Origin: an uncultured bacterium
GTDB taxonomy: Bacteria; Desulfobacterota_D; UBA1144; Nemesobacterales; UBA2774
Length of the DNA: 64,000 nt
Direction: 5' to 3'
NCBI GenBank assembly: GCA_963825135.1
Contig: CAWGRW010000009.1
Location: 2,272,001 to 2,336,000 of the forward strand
How positions within the stretch are numbered: position 1 is the first letter of the stretch; each line of letters starts with the position of its first letter. The translations under genes were made by a program, and so were the position numbers. Of the stretch, positions 1-11,228 are shown piece by piece. Under the pieces are notes generated by a model. It had not been told where the DNA came from, did no database searches, and saw nothing but the letters and a program-made list of their open reading frames with translations.

Positions 1-1
1 C

Positions 2-1630
2 ATGGGGCAGCGCCAGCTGGCCATCGATACGGAAGGGCAGGACAACGAGGATTGCAAGAGTATCTTCGCGATCGTGCCCCCGCCCCAGGTTCCGTTCGGG
101 AAGCCTTTCAGGCTCGATATGGTCAAGCAGTGGCCCGGCTCGGAGGACGACGAGTTCCAGAAATACGGAGCGCTCGCGAGGGACGGCATATCCTGCGGCG
201 TATGTCATCATATTTCGGACACTGACCTGGGTGACGAATCCTCATATACGGGAAACTTCGTCACGGGCCCTCCGGGTGAGATGTACGGACCTTATCAGGA
301 CCCGACCATAGTAACAAAGCCGATGCAGAATGCACTCGGCATCACTCCGAAGTTCGCGGATTATTTCGTGTCCGGGAACGCGGCAAGTTCGGATACGTGC
401 GGGAGCTGCCACAACATCCTGCTGCCGGTCTTCAGCAACGAGGGGGAGATCCTGGGAGCGAGCTACGAGCAGGCGACGGAGCTCGAATGGCTAAACAGCG
501 ACTTCGCTCCCGGAAGGGACGATTTTAAGTCCTGCGCCGATTGCCACATGCCTACTCACTTCAAGGGGGAGAAGCTCTCATTCGAGATAGCTAATATCGA
601 GTCAAACGAGCTCGCTCCCACGACTCACCGTCTGCCCGATGAGGAGATCACTCTCACGGAGCGCGACAACTTCGCCCGCCACTCGCTCCACGGGCTGAAC
701 GTTTTCCTGAACGAAATGTTCCAGCAGTTCCCTCTCATTTTGGGGTATCGGCAGATCGATCCCCATGCTGGGCACATTCACCGAGCCGGGACTGATTACC
801 GGGCAGAATTCGATGGTCGAGATGGCCCGGAATGAAATCAGCGGTTATCGGCGTGGAGACGCTCGAGACCGCCCCCGACGGCAGGCTCAGAGCGGTCGTG
901 CGTGTTGACAATCTTGCGGGACATTATCTTCCGACCGGCGTCGGCTTCAGGCGCATGTTCATCGAGTTCCTCGTGCGCGACGCCGAAGGGAATGTGCTCT
1001 GGGCGTCGGGTCGAACAAACAGACTCGGCGCTATCGTAAAGGGCACGACGAATGGATCCTCCCCAGCGAAGAGCCGATCAAAACCCGGACGACCAGTTCC
1101 AGCCCCACTATCAGACAATTACGAAAGATGACCAGGTGCAGATATATGAGGAAGTATACGAGGATTCGGACGGCAATGTCACGACAAGCTTCCTGAGGCG
1201 GGTAAACGAAGTCAAGGATAACCGCATAAGACCCAGGGGATTCGACCCCGCATTTTTTGAAAGCCCGTCTTTCTCCACCTATATTCAGGCGCTTGCCGCG
1301 CTGCACGGAGAGGAGAGGTTCGATCCCCATTACACGGATATAGACCTTACGGGCTCCGACGTCATAGAGTATTTAATATCCCTCGATGCCGAGACCCTGA
1401 GCCGAGTGCACGACGTGCAGGTTACGCTCTATTCTCAATCGATCCCCCCTTCGTATCTCCAGGAGCGGTTCAGGGATGCCGGTGCCGGCCCTGCCGAGAA
1501 CGACGAGATTAAACGGCTCTACTACATCACCAGTCACTTGAATGTGGATGAACCGCCCGGCGAAAACGGCGATCAGACAATTAAGGATTGGAAGCTTATC
1601 TTAACCAGCGCGACAAGAACGCTCGAGTAG
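2..1630 (+). CDS. Multiheme c-type cytochrome, 5'-truncated by the window edge and split over three frames (2-835, 832-1131, 1052-1630)
   Basis: Three CxxCH motifs (CGVCH, CGSCH, CADCH). The next frame carries NLAGHYLPTG..RR, typical of multiheme cytochrome C-termini. The frames join at about 765 and 1050. Confidence 0.75.
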
Positions 1631-1710
1631 GCCTATCAAATGTCTATCGCTTACCTTTTCGGCATGGAGTGGGGTAGTATTTAATTTATGCACATTCCGG
1701 AGGACATGCG

Positions 1711-2664
1711 TTGATTGAGACGATTCCACTCAGCTGGCGCAGGGGCGACATTGCTTATCCGAGGTTTAAATCCGTAAGGCTGCCCCTCTCTGGCCTCACA
1801 TGGATTCATTCAGCCGAGATACCCTTCAAATTTTCTTTCGAAGAAATATTCGCCGAGCTAGTGAATGCGTTCGGCCACCGAATACTGATCCGGGGATGCG
1901 GGACTGAAATCACCGGGTTCCTCGCCCGGAGGGGGTTCGCTGCGATAAGGACGGGAGCCGAAGCCCTGATTGATTTGCGGAGACGTTCAGCGGCCGTTTC
2001 CCCGGTTACGGATATCTGCAAGAAAGGCATGCGGTGGGGCAGGGCGGAGGAGATACCGCTTACGGAATCCCGTGCGGGGAGGATCTCCCGATTGAGGTCC
2101 GTTTCAGCCCACGGCAGGAAGCCCCAGCTCCGTTACCTCTACCATACGGGGCTTGATCCCTCGACGAGATGCTTCGTGTTCCGTACCCCGGGCGACAGAT
2201 GGCTCGGAGCGGTTACGGTCTCGACGACTGCTCGGTCCCTGGCCCATACGGAAATGATATTGAGGGATAAAGAAGCCCCGTCCGGCATCATGGAGGCCTT
2301 ATTTATAGGAATAATGGATATATTGGGAGAAGAGGGCTTCAGGGAATTCAGCCTGGGCGAGGTTCCGTTCATCTCCTGCGGCTTTTCTGCGGATACTGCT
2401 CCCACTTCCGGGCGGCATCTTAAAGAGAGGCTTTTATATAGCACAGGATATCTGCTCAAGTACGCCTACAATTTCGATAATCTATTCAGGTTTAAGAACA
2501 AGTTCCGTCCAGTCTGGAGACCCGTTTACGTTTGCGCGCCTGAGATTCCGTGGACGGCCCTTGCGGATATGTTCGTGGAGTCCGGATTCTGCGCGCTTTC
2601 AGGGTCGGCATTGAGATCGTTGGTAACAAACCGCGCACATTCACTCCTAAGGCATCTTTCGTAG
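1711..2664 (+). CDS. DUF2156 / phosphatidylglycerol lysyltransferase C-terminal-like domain protein
   Basis: Motifs APSGIMEALF, FSLGEVP and YNFDNLFRFKNKFRPVWRPVY match the MprF C-terminal domain. Confidence 0.75.
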   Translation: MIETIPLSWRRGDIAYPRFKSVRLPLSGLTWIHSAEIPFKFSFEEIFAELVNAFGHRILIRGCGTEITGFLARRGFAAIRTGAEALIDLRRRSAAVSPVTDICKKGMRWGRAEEIPLTESRAGRISRLRSVSAHGRKPQLRYLYHTGLDPSTRCFVFRTPGDRWLGAVTVSTTARSLAHTEMILRDKEAPSGIMEALFIGIMDILGEEGFREFSLGEVPFISCGFSADTAPTSGRHLKERLLYSTGYLLKYAYNFDNLFRFKNKFRPVWRPVYVCAPEIPWTALADMFVESGFCALSGSALRSLVTNRAHSLLRHLS

Positions 2665-2799
2665 TTTCCGCCTATCCGCAGACGCCTCAAAACGGATGTA
2701 AAATAGGGATTGAAATCTGCGAATATAATGAATGACCAGCCGGACGATGTTGTAACGTTATTAAGTGGGTTGATTGAGATCGATTCTCTTGAAAAAACG

Positions 2800-2853
2800 A
2801 AGGCTTGGTTTGAATTTTGGTTGGGTTGGAAGAGGGTGTTCAAACCAAGCCTT
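2800..2853. terminator. 15-bp inverted repeat, possible bidirectional terminator
   Basis: AAGGCTTGGTTTGAA(2800-2814)...TTCAAACCAAGCCTT(2839-2853), with A-rich 5' and T-rich 3' flanks. Confidence 0.4.
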
Positions 2854-3367
2854 TTCTTGTTTCAATTAAACTATAGCTAGTTATTTATTATTCTTCAAGT
2901 ACTTCTTTAAGATAGTCTGAAAATTCGTGCAATTTCAGAGGATTAGGTTTAATTATATCTCCTGGGATATTACTATTACAGTTATAATCATGCAATAACG
3001 AGTATATCCCGGCATCTGAAAAATGTAGTCCGATTAATGCTGAAGCGCTAGTTGAGGTTGGAATAAATAACATCATGCGTGTCTTGAGGACAATGGGTGT
3101 ATTATGAAGCGGTTTGATGGATATACCTTGAAGCCTATTGACGTCATGTATAAATGTTATGTAATCACCTCCGTATTCCGGCTGATAATCCCCCGAATTT
3201 TCATACTATAGTTTCATCTGGTATCGACGGAAGAGCCGGGGAAAATGCAATGAATAGCAGAGTCCACAATTGTACTTGACTCGAATAATCTACAGCTATT
3301 ATCAAAAGCTTTCCGCCTTCTCGGGAAAACAATCGTGTATAATGTAGCCGTCCAAAAAAGAGACCCA

Positions 3368-3730
3368 ATGCCCCAGGTCATATTTATCTCTTATGTCCTA
3401 GTTGTGATATTCCTCAGCTTAATCCCCGCATCCGGCATGGGCGGGGTGGAGTATATGGATAAGGTGGCCCATGCGTCTGCTTACGGTTTCATGGGGATTC
3501 TTGCTTATATATCCTTTGAGACGCTGGGTAAGAGGATGATAATCTTTATCTTTATGTTCCTTCTGGGCATATCACTCGAGTTTTTACAATTATTAGTCCC
3601 CGGAAGAAACGCCTCCGTCTATGACGCCCTTGCAAACACGACCGGACTCGTTCTCAGCTTTCTACTCTGCTGGACATATTCGTTAATTCCAAACACCGCG
3701 CCGCAGGACGCCGCGAAAGTCAGGGACTGA
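3368..3730 (+). CDS. VanZ family membrane protein
   Basis: DKVAHASAY, EFLQLLVPGRNASVYDALAN motifs. The ORF could extend to 3335. Confidence 0.85.
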   Translation: MPQVIFISYVLVVIFLSLIPASGMGGVEYMDKVAHASAYGFMGILAYISFETLGKRMIIFIFMFLLGISLEFLQLLVPGRNASVYDALANTTGLVLSFLLCWTYSLIPNTAPQDAAKVRD

Positions 3731-3816
3731 TAAACCGAATTTTGTCCACGCTCGGTGTGTTTTGAAGTTAGGCGCGGTTTGGCATCGAAAAGGCCTTATT
3801 TGAAAATAATAAGGGG

Positions 3817-4659
3817 TTAATAAACCCCGTTTAGAATGGAGATGCATTCATCCGGGAGCTTCGGATGAGCGGCTTTTCCGGAGGCTGGCTGGGATTTGAC
3901 TCTCCCGTCTGCCCTGAACCATCCGTCGAGGTCGCTGCCGCACCCGTCATCGAACATATTCAGCGGCTCCTGGGTTTTGCACTTCGCGTCTTCGGGCGGG
4001 CATTTGAGGCGGACGTGGAAATGTCCGTCGTGTCCGTACCACGGTCTGACTTTGCCGAGCCATTTCTCGCCCGGATGGGTTTGACAGAGCCTTCTCTTGA
4101 TGATCGGGTTTACGAATATACGGTCGACCCGCTTGTCCGAAGCGGCGGTTTTTATTATCTCCTCGATCTTAATACTCCATTTGAAGTCGTCTATTTCCGT
4201 CTCGTCTTCGTTAAGAACGGACTGCGGGAATATATGCATCCTCTCCGTAATCGTGAGCTGCCTCTTGAGCGCTATCGGGTGCTGCCAGTAAAGTATATCG
4301 GCGTCGAGCCCGATCTGGTGGCTGCTGTGCTCATCATACATAGGCCCCCCTGTTCTCTGCGCGACGTCCCCTATGAGCAGTATGCCGCCAAGCACCTCAC
4401 TCACGTTCTTTGCGAGCGAGGTTATATACTCGATCATCTCGGGATTAGCGTAGTATCTTCCCCTGTTGAGCCGTATGACCTGAAATCCTTCCCCGCTTAT
4501 CGGTATCTGGGCGGCATTCCTCATGCACCCCGCGGTATAAGAGCCGATCGATTCCGTAATTGCGGCTTCGACGGCTATCGCGTCGCCCGGATACGGTACG
4601 GCGAATATCGATAACAGGACTATTAGCAGGCTTGATTTCAGATGCCTTGTCGTTTGCAT
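3817..4659 (-). CDS. mepA: Penicillin-insensitive murein endopeptidase
   Basis: SIGSYTAGC, HSSHQIGLDADI and VRPWYGHDGHFHVRLKCP motifs. Signal peptide follows the Met at 4659. Confidence 0.9.
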   Translation of the reverse strand: MQTTRHLKSSLLIVLLSIFAVPYPGDAIAVEAAITESIGSYTAGCMRNAAQIPISGEGFQVIRLNRGRYYANPEMIEYITSLAKNVSEVLGGILLIGDVAQRTGGPMYDEHSSHQIGLDADILYWQHPIALKRQLTITERMHIFPQSVLNEDETEIDDFKWSIKIEEIIKTAASDKRVDRIFVNPIIKRRLCQTHPGEKWLGKVRPWYGHDGHFHVRLKCPPEDAKCKTQEPLNMFDDGCGSDLDGWFRADGRVKSQPASGKAAHPKLPDECISILNGVY

Positions 4660-4811
4660 GATCGAGTGTTCTGTTTGAGGGTCTATTAACGCCGTAATTG
4701 CAATGCAAATTCCTCGTGGATATTTGTTGGAATTATACATGAACCGGAGGAGTCTTAAAGAGGAGTAGGGAGAGGTGTTTTGAAGTCCCGGTCCCGGAAC
4801 CGGATCAATAA

Positions 4812-4867
4812 TCAACCACATGGTTGACAAATACGCGCTTCACTGATATAATCAACAATATGGTTGA
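4812..4867 (+). promoter_or_regulatory. Consensus sigma70 promoter with two ArsR-type operator palindromes; leaderless start
   Basis: TTGACA(4824-4829)-17nt-TATAAT(4847-4852). Palindromes TCAACCACATGGTTGA(4812-4827) and TCAACAATATGGTTGA(4852-4867); ATG at 4860. Confidence 0.8.
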
Positions 4868-5207
4868 TTATCAAACTCGGAAAATGGACTCGATCCTTCA
4901 CGCCCTTGCCAACTCGACGAGGCGCGGCATCGTTATGCAGCTCGCCAAAAAAGACCTCACCGTCAACGAGCTTGCGGAAAAATACGATATCTCTCTTCAG
5001 GCAGTATCAAAGCATATTCAGGTGCTCGTAAAATCAGGGCTCGTAGTACAGGAGAAAGAAGGCCGCATCAAACACTGCCGCGCCAATATAGAGCCGCTCG
5101 ACCGTGTGTCGGACTTGATAAAGCAGTACAGCCGTTTCTGGGGAGAGAGGCTCGATGCTCTTGATAAATATTTTGAAGGACGGAAAAAAGCAAAGGAGCG
5201 TGCGTAA
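4860..5207 (+). CDS. ArsR/SmtB family transcriptional regulator
   Basis: ALANSTRRGI...AVSKHIQVLVKSGLV winged HTH, ending FWGERLDAL. Confidence 0.9.
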   Translation: MVDYQTRKMDSILHALANSTRRGIVMQLAKKDLTVNELAEKYDISLQAVSKHIQVLVKSGLVVQEKEGRIKHCRANIEPLDRVSDLIKQYSRFWGERLDALDKYFEGRKKAKERA

Positions 5208-5626
5208 TGAGCGAAAGCAAGCTGGTTGTAACCAAAATCATAAAAGCGGCGCCTGAAGAGGTGTTCGAAGCGTTTACCGATCCCGAGATCATGACGAAGT
5301 GGTTCTACGGGCATGAGGGCTGGACCGTCGACGTTTCCAATACGCTAGAGGTCGGAGGTGAATATACCGTAACCATGATTAAGACTGATGGTAAGAAATA
5401 CGTACACGAGGGCGAATATAAAGTCATCTCCCCGCCTGAAAAGCTGGTCTTTACATGGAACTCGGATTTTGCCCAGAATACGGTCGTTACGGTTCATTTC
5501 CGCAGCGTCGGTGACGGGACCGAGGTGACGCTCGAGCATGAATTCCTGCCGACCCCCGAGGCGCGCGAGGATCACAGGAGAGGGTGGACGGTCTGTCTTG
5601 ACAATCTTGAGAAAATATTCGCGTGA
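5207..5626 (+). CDS. SRPBCC/AHSA1 domain protein
   Basis: VFEAFTDPE..KWF, PPEKLVFTW, HRRGWTVCLDNL. Coupled to the ArsR gene. Confidence 0.9.
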   Translation: MSESKLVVTKIIKAAPEEVFEAFTDPEIMTKWFYGHEGWTVDVSNTLEVGGEYTVTMIKTDGKKYVHEGEYKVISPPEKLVFTWNSDFAQNTVVTVHFRSVGDGTEVTLEHEFLPTPEAREDHRRGWTVCLDNLEKIFA

Positions 5627-5681
5627 AGAGATTGTATTAATAAAACGAAATAAAATCATAGGAATGAGGAGGCAATAAACA

Positions 5682-6484
5682 ATGAAAAACCGTACACCGG
5701 AGCATATAATCGCTTCCCCGGAAGAATGGCTGGCAGCTCGTAAGGAGCTTCTGAAGAAGGAGAAACAGTTCACGCGGCTTCGCGATCAATTGAGCGCCGA
5801 GCGGCGTGAACTCCCCTGGGTCAAGGTCGAAAAGCCGTATATCTTTGACGGATCCGGACGGAAAAGAGACACCTCGCCGACCTCTTCGACGGACGGAGCC
5901 AGTTGATCGTGTATCACTTCATGTTCGGCCCCGGGTGGGAAGAAGGTTGCAAAAGCTGCTCGTTCGTGGCCGACCACTTCGACGGAATGACCGTGCATTT
6001 GAACGCGCGGGACGTCTCAATGGCCGTGGTCGTCGAGAGCGCCGATCAAGGAGCTGCAGGAGTTCAAGAAGCGCATGGGCTGGCGCTTCAAATGGGTGTC
6101 GTCGTACGGTAACGACTTCAATTACGACTATCACGTGTCGTTCACGAAAGACAAGAGGACGAAGGGCAGCGTGTACTACAACTACGAATTGCGGGAATTC
6201 CCGAGCGAGGAAGCCCCGGCCTCAGCGTTTTCTACAGGGATGGGGCCGCCAATGTCTTCCACACCTATTCCGCCTATGAGCGCGGGCTCGACATGTTGAT
6301 CGGTACGTACAACTATCTCGACCTCGTGCCGAAGGGCCGCGACGAAAACTCCCTGGCCTTTACGATGGCGTGGGTCCGCCACCACGATCGGTACGACGAG
6401 GGCCAATTAGTTAACCTGAAAGGGCGATCCGCTTCTGTTAAGGACTCGGACCCTGCACGCCATTCGGAGGAGGAACACTCGTGA
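5682..6484 (+). CDS. DUF899 thioredoxin-like protein, frameshifted several times
   Basis: Successive frames give [39 protein letters not shown] and [17 protein letters not shown]. Confidence 0.8.
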
Positions 6485-6828
6485 GCGCTCGTCATTGTTG
6501 CGGAGCCCCGTCGAGCAGCTCGCACCGCGAGACGACTATAACGCAGACGACGAGCGGCGACACGCGTCCTCCGGCGTTCTTTCAGCGCTTTCTGGGCATA
6601 GCCGAATGGGTAATTCCGGGCGCAGTGCTTGCGCTCCTGCCGAAGTGTCCGATATGTCTTGCGGCTTACGTTGCGATCGGGACCGGAGTCGGGATCTCGG
6701 TATCGACCGCGGCGTCGCTGAGGATGGTGATCGTGATCCTGTGTGCGGCATTGTTGTTATTCCTTGCAGCGAGACATGCGCGCCGCCTCATCACGCGGAG
6801 ATCCGGAATGAAAGAGACGGCACAGTGA
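6481..6828 (+). CDS. Small membrane protein with LLPKCPxC motif
   Basis: Hydrophobic segments and [12 protein letters not shown]. Overlaps the DUF899 stop (GTGA). Confidence 0.7.
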   Translation: MSARHCCGAPSSSSHRETTITQTTSGDTRPPAFFQRFLGIAEWVIPGAVLALLPKCPICLAAYVAIGTGVGISVSTAASLRMVIVILCAALLLFLAARHARRLITRRSGMKETAQ

Positions 6829-6830
6829 AA

Positions 6831-6898
6831 GCGGGCAAGGAGCACAGGAAAGGGTGGACGATCCGCCTTAAAAATCTTGAGAAAATGTATGCATGAAG
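6831..6898 (+). repeat. Degenerate direct copy of the SRPBCC gene 3' end (5561-5628)
   Basis: Ungapped 68-nt alignment with 13 mismatches, offset 1270 nt. Confidence 0.8.
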
Positions 6899-6956
6899 GA
6901 GTTATGTTTCTGTTAAAATATATTGTCTGTAAATACATCTATCAGGGGGGCTTCAA

Positions 6957-7508
6957 ATGAGATATATATCAGCTTTGGTTCTCTTGACGGTTTTTACGTT
7001 CTCGTCTATTGCGTTATCGTCCTTTGCGGACTCGCCCGGCGGGCAGGACGAGCATCATATGAGCCCGGTTACGGGTTCAAAGGAGCTCGAGAAGCTGAAG
7101 ACCCTGGCCGGCACGTGGCAGGGGACGACTGTAATGGACGGAAAAGAGATGCCTGTCACCGTTACATACAAGACGTCTTCAAACGGCAGTGTCGTTGTCG
7201 AAACCCTGTTCCCGGATACTCCTCACGAGATGGTTTCGGTATATTACGATGAGAACGGCAAGCTCGGCATGACGCATTACTGCGCCTCGACAATCAGCCG
7301 CATTTTACGCTGGAAAAGTCGTCGTGATGACTGAGATGGAGCTTGTCTTCGCAAACGGCACGAATCTGGACCCGAAAAGGATTATTATATGCACGACGTG
7401 AGCTTCGAGTTCAAGGACAATAACAACATGGTGCAGGAATGGACTTCTTATGAGAACGGTAAGGAAGACGAAGTCGCGACTTTCACGTTTACTCGGGCGA
7501 AGCAGTAG
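6957..7508 (+). CDS. Secreted hypothetical protein, frameshifted near 7290-7390
   Basis: Signal peptide, LKTLAGTWQG, EMVSVY..MTHYC. Continues in other frames to TAG at 7506-7508. Confidence 0.6.
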
Positions 7509-7936
7509 AGCGAATCCGCACTTCTGCTGAGCTGCTATTGTCACTTGCAAAACTGTCCGCGACTCGCGATCGCCGAGTCATATGCCTTTATCGAGGTCGG
7601 TTATCCCTCTCGATATTACCGACACTTTCGAAGGCTGGTCTATCGTTTTATAATCATGATCAGAGATATATGCAAAAGTTAAATATGCCCAAACCCGCCT
7701 ATTTAAAATAGTAGCCCTCAGCCGCTTAATACAGTATAATCGGATATCTAAATCTTGTCGGCCTTGAATCAGGGCAGGCATTCGAGATTGGCCTCACAGG
7801 CGCAGGTACTGTCCGAAACGAGGAACTGCCCCTGACGAGTGATGTTATAGGGTTTAAATAAAAAGGGTGGTCAGAAGGATTTGATTGAGGAAGCCGAAAG
7901 AGGTTATCAAAATTCAGAATAGCGAGGACGATAACA

Positions 7937-9095
7937 ATGCCCGGAAGATTAACGATACGTTTCGTATTATTTCTGTTACTGCCCGTCTTTTTCCTCTCCT
8001 GCAATAACGGAGGAGGTTCACTCGACCCTGAGCTGGAAGCACAGTTGAGAGAAATAGTATCCCGCTACAAGGAGGATTTCGGAATACCGGGGGTCCTCGC
8101 GGGCGTATGGATCCCGGGGAAAGGGCATCTGGTTATTGAAGACGGTCTCGCGGACATCGAGACGGGACGGCCTATCAGTAAAGCGGATCATGTGAGAATA
8201 GGAAGCGTCACGAAGTCCTTTACTGTAACGGTCATACTGCAGCTCGTCGGAGAGGGACTCCTCGATCTGAACGAACCCGTCGGGAATTACCTGCCTGACG
8301 TCGAGAATTCCGATGCTACTATCGCCGAGCTCGCGAACATGAAGAGCGGCATCTTCAACTATACCGAAGACGCGGATTTTGTGACGGAATTCGTGAGCAG
8401 CGATTTTTTGCGGGTATGGACGGATCAGGAGATCGTCGACGTTCGCCGACAGCAATGTTCCCTACTTCCCGCCGGGCGGAGGCTGGCACTATTCCAACAC
8501 CAACACGGTAATCCTCGGTATGATAGTAGAGCAGGTGACGGGGCACCCGCTCGGTGAGGAGATAAGGAAAAGAATAATAGAACCCCTCGGTCTCGACGGT
8601 ACGACATACCCTACGACACCCGATATGCCGGAGCCGTTTGCGCACGGTTACGGTTTCGACCCTTTAGAAGATATAAGCTTCACGGATCCTTCCTCGTCCT
8701 CGGGCTCGGGCGCCATTATATCGAGGCTCGATGATCTCAGGAAATGGGGGAAGGCCCTCGGCAAGGGAACGCTCCTGAGCGCGGAGCTGCAGGCCGAGCG
8801 GGTGAACAGCCTCATGCCGATAGTCTTCGATCCCTGTGACGACGACGATCCGGACAGGCCAAAAAGGAGCTGCCCGGAGTACGACAAATACGGAATGGGT
8901 CTGGGCGAAATCAGCGGATGGATAGGGCATACCGGAGAATACGTAGGCTATACAGCCCTCGTGATGTATGAGCCGAAAAGCGGCTCGGTCGTCGTCATTG
9001 TGACGAATATATTCGGCGTAGCGTCGCACGTGCCGACCAAGATTTTCAAGGAGTTCGCGGAGATACTGAATCAGCGGCTCTCAGAGCAGAACTGA
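7937..9095 (+). CDS. Serine hydrolase (beta-lactamase/DD-peptidase family) lipoprotein, frameshift near 8445
   Basis: Lipobox FLSC, SxxK motif RIGSVTKSF, YSN in the shifted frame, GHTG motif. Confidence 0.85.
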
Positions 9096-9129
9096 ATCCC
9101 GCACCCTGATCAGCGGGGTCCTGAAGTCG

Positions 9130-10374
9130 TTAATCCGCGTGGAAATCGACCACGCTCTGATCGAGCGGCAGCTCGTTTTTGTGTATCCCCGGCTTATCCA
9201 CCGGCACCACTTCGAGCGGGATTCCTTCGATCTCCGCCTTGTCGAATGCCTCTGTCGAGGGGGCTTTTTCCCTGCTCTCGAATTCGTCTATCAAGTAGGG
9301 AAGGCCGTTTGAGCCAAGCGTGGACGGACCGTCCATTACATGGAAGTGGAGGTGCGGGGCGGAGGTGTTTCCAGTGTTCCCTACGATACCTAGGACCTGC
9401 CCTCGCTTCACCGTATCTCCCGCTTTAACCTTCACGCTCCCCGGTTTGAGGTGCGCATATAATGCGTACTTCCCGCCCCCGAGATCGAGCACCACATGGT
9501 TGCCGTCCGCTTCTTCGAGCGTCATGCCGGGAGGAAGCTCACCCGGAATCTGGTCTTTATACTTGTCCACTGCGGCCGCGACCTTCGCATCGGCTACGGC
9601 GAGGACTTTCTTGCCGTATGCGAAATAGCTCTCGACGTCCTTCGGGTCTCCGACAAATATCTTCCTGTCGCCGTTTATCATCTCCCAGTCTATGGCAAAG
9701 CGCTGTGCGATGCAAAGCCTGTCGTCGATCGGCATAATGGCGCGCACGTGTCTCGTCGAATCGCAGCACCCGTCAGCCGCAACCCAGCCTTTCCCTTCGA
9801 GCGCGGGCCCTATCAATATCGCGTCAGAAGGGCCGACAACCGTAACGTCGGTCATGTAGGTGTAAGATTCCGAGTCGGCGGGTATTCCCGCAAAATTTTT
9901 GAAGCCTTCCGGGATGCCGTTCGGGACGGAGAAAGTGATTTTGTGCGCTATTTCGGAGGGAATATCGTTCTCTCTCACGGGGAAATGGATGAATATTATT
10001 CCTCCCTCGCCGGGCTGAAGCGTAGTCGAGGGCGATCTGTCCTTTATCAGCTCCATACGATTCTTGAGCTCCTCACCCTTAACTGAGGCAACGGATTTTC
10101 CGTCCCCCGATACGTCGATCGAGTCGATTGTCCAGGCGAGACCTGTCGCGTTTAGGGCTTCGAGCTCATAGACAAAATGGTACATGCCGTCCGAGCCTTT
10201 GACAGGGTTCGGTGCGCTGATGACGGAGACAACGACAGGGGTGAATATACTGTCGGGTTTGGCGCCGAATTTATCCGTGACCCCCGCATATGCATTTAAG
10301 CTGCCGTAAACCGACGGTATAATTTGTGTGATTACTGATGCCGCGATAAACAAAATTAGTGACGATTTAAGCAT
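9130..10374 (-). CDS. M23 family metallopeptidase
   Basis: YAHLKPGS and GNTGNTSAPHLHFH motifs. Signal peptide. Confidence 0.9.
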   Translation of the reverse strand: MLKSSLILFIAASVITQIIPSVYGSLNAYAGVTDKFGAKPDSIFTPVVVSVISAPNPVKGSDGMYHFVYELEALNATGLAWTIDSIDVSGDGKSVASVKGEELKNRMELIKDRSPSTTLQPGEGGIIFIHFPVRENDIPSEIAHKITFSVPNGIPEGFKNFAGIPADSESYTYMTDVTVVGPSDAILIGPALEGKGWVAADGCCDSTRHVRAIMPIDDRLCIAQRFAIDWEMINGDRKIFVGDPKDVESYFAYGKKVLAVADAKVAAAVDKYKDQIPGELPPGMTLEEADGNHVVLDLGGGKYALYAHLKPGSVKVKAGDTVKRGQVLGIVGNTGNTSAPHLHFHVMDGPSTLGSNGLPYLIDEFESREKAPSTEAFDKAEIEGIPLEVVPVDKPGIHKNELPLDQSVVDFHAD

Positions 10375-10657
10375 TTATCTCATTGACCCCCGGGAATGTC
10401 GAATATGAATAGTGTAATTAATATATACCCATTGTATCATGATTCACAGACAGATCGTAATTTCTGTTTTCGTTAGCAATTGTCAGATATCGGAGTAAGC
10501 CGGCAAACTGCCACCGACAAGTAACACAGCTCTTTAGATTCATCTAAGACTCGCACATAAAATTGATTCCGCGTGAATTAATTTCTAATAATCGCAAAAT
10601 GAGCTTATAATTTGTGGATCTCGGAAACACAAATTCGATCAAAAGGAGGAATGAAAT

Positions 10658-11200
10658 ATGAACGGTACGTCCATAGCTGAGAGCATCAGACAAAACTGGG
10701 GATGGCTTCTTGCCCTTGGGATTGCCTATATAATCATGGGGCTCGTTATAACCGGATCCCCGATGGCTGCCACAATAGCTGTCGATATACTCCTCGGGTT
10801 TGTATTGATTATCGGAGGAGTAATCTCCATAATCGGAGCGTTTTTCTCGGGGAACTGGCAAAGGCTGCTGCTCATACTGTTAAGCGGTATCCTCTACCTT
10901 GTCGTAGGGGTGCTTCTGCTGAAAAACCCCCTGCAGGGTGTGCTGACGCTGACTATACTTCTGGCGGCGTTTCTACTCGTGGAAGGCTTCTTCAAGATCA
11001 TTCATGCGTTTCAGATGAAGCCCGCGCCTAACTGGATGTGGCTCCTTGTGAGCGGGGTCGCTTCAGTCATACTTGGAGTCATGATATGGGGGGAATTCCC
11101 CGGGAGCAGTATGTTTATCATAGGGCTTCTTGTAGGAATTTATTTCCTCATCAACGGTATAACTATGGTCATGTTCTCGTTCGCGCTGAAAGGCAAATAA
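10658..11200 (+). CDS. HdeD/DUF308 family membrane protein
   Basis: Six hydrophobic helices, NWGWLLALG start, strong RBS AAAGGAGG. Confidence 0.85.
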   Translation: MNGTSIAESIRQNWGWLLALGIAYIIMGLVITGSPMAATIAVDILLGFVLIIGGVISIIGAFFSGNWQRLLLILLSGILYLVVGVLLLKNPLQGVLTLTILLAAFLLVEGFFKIIHAFQMKPAPNWMWLLVSGVASVILGVMIWGEFPGSSMFIIGLLVGIYFLINGITMVMFSFALKGK

Positions 11201-11228
11201 GGAATGAAGGAAGCGTGTGCATAGAAAT

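Noticed and set aside
7769..7845. Hammerhead ribozyme or cobalamin riboswitch
   Set aside because: CTGACGAG and CGAAAC are present but stems II/III and the cleavage triplet do not form; no B12 box.
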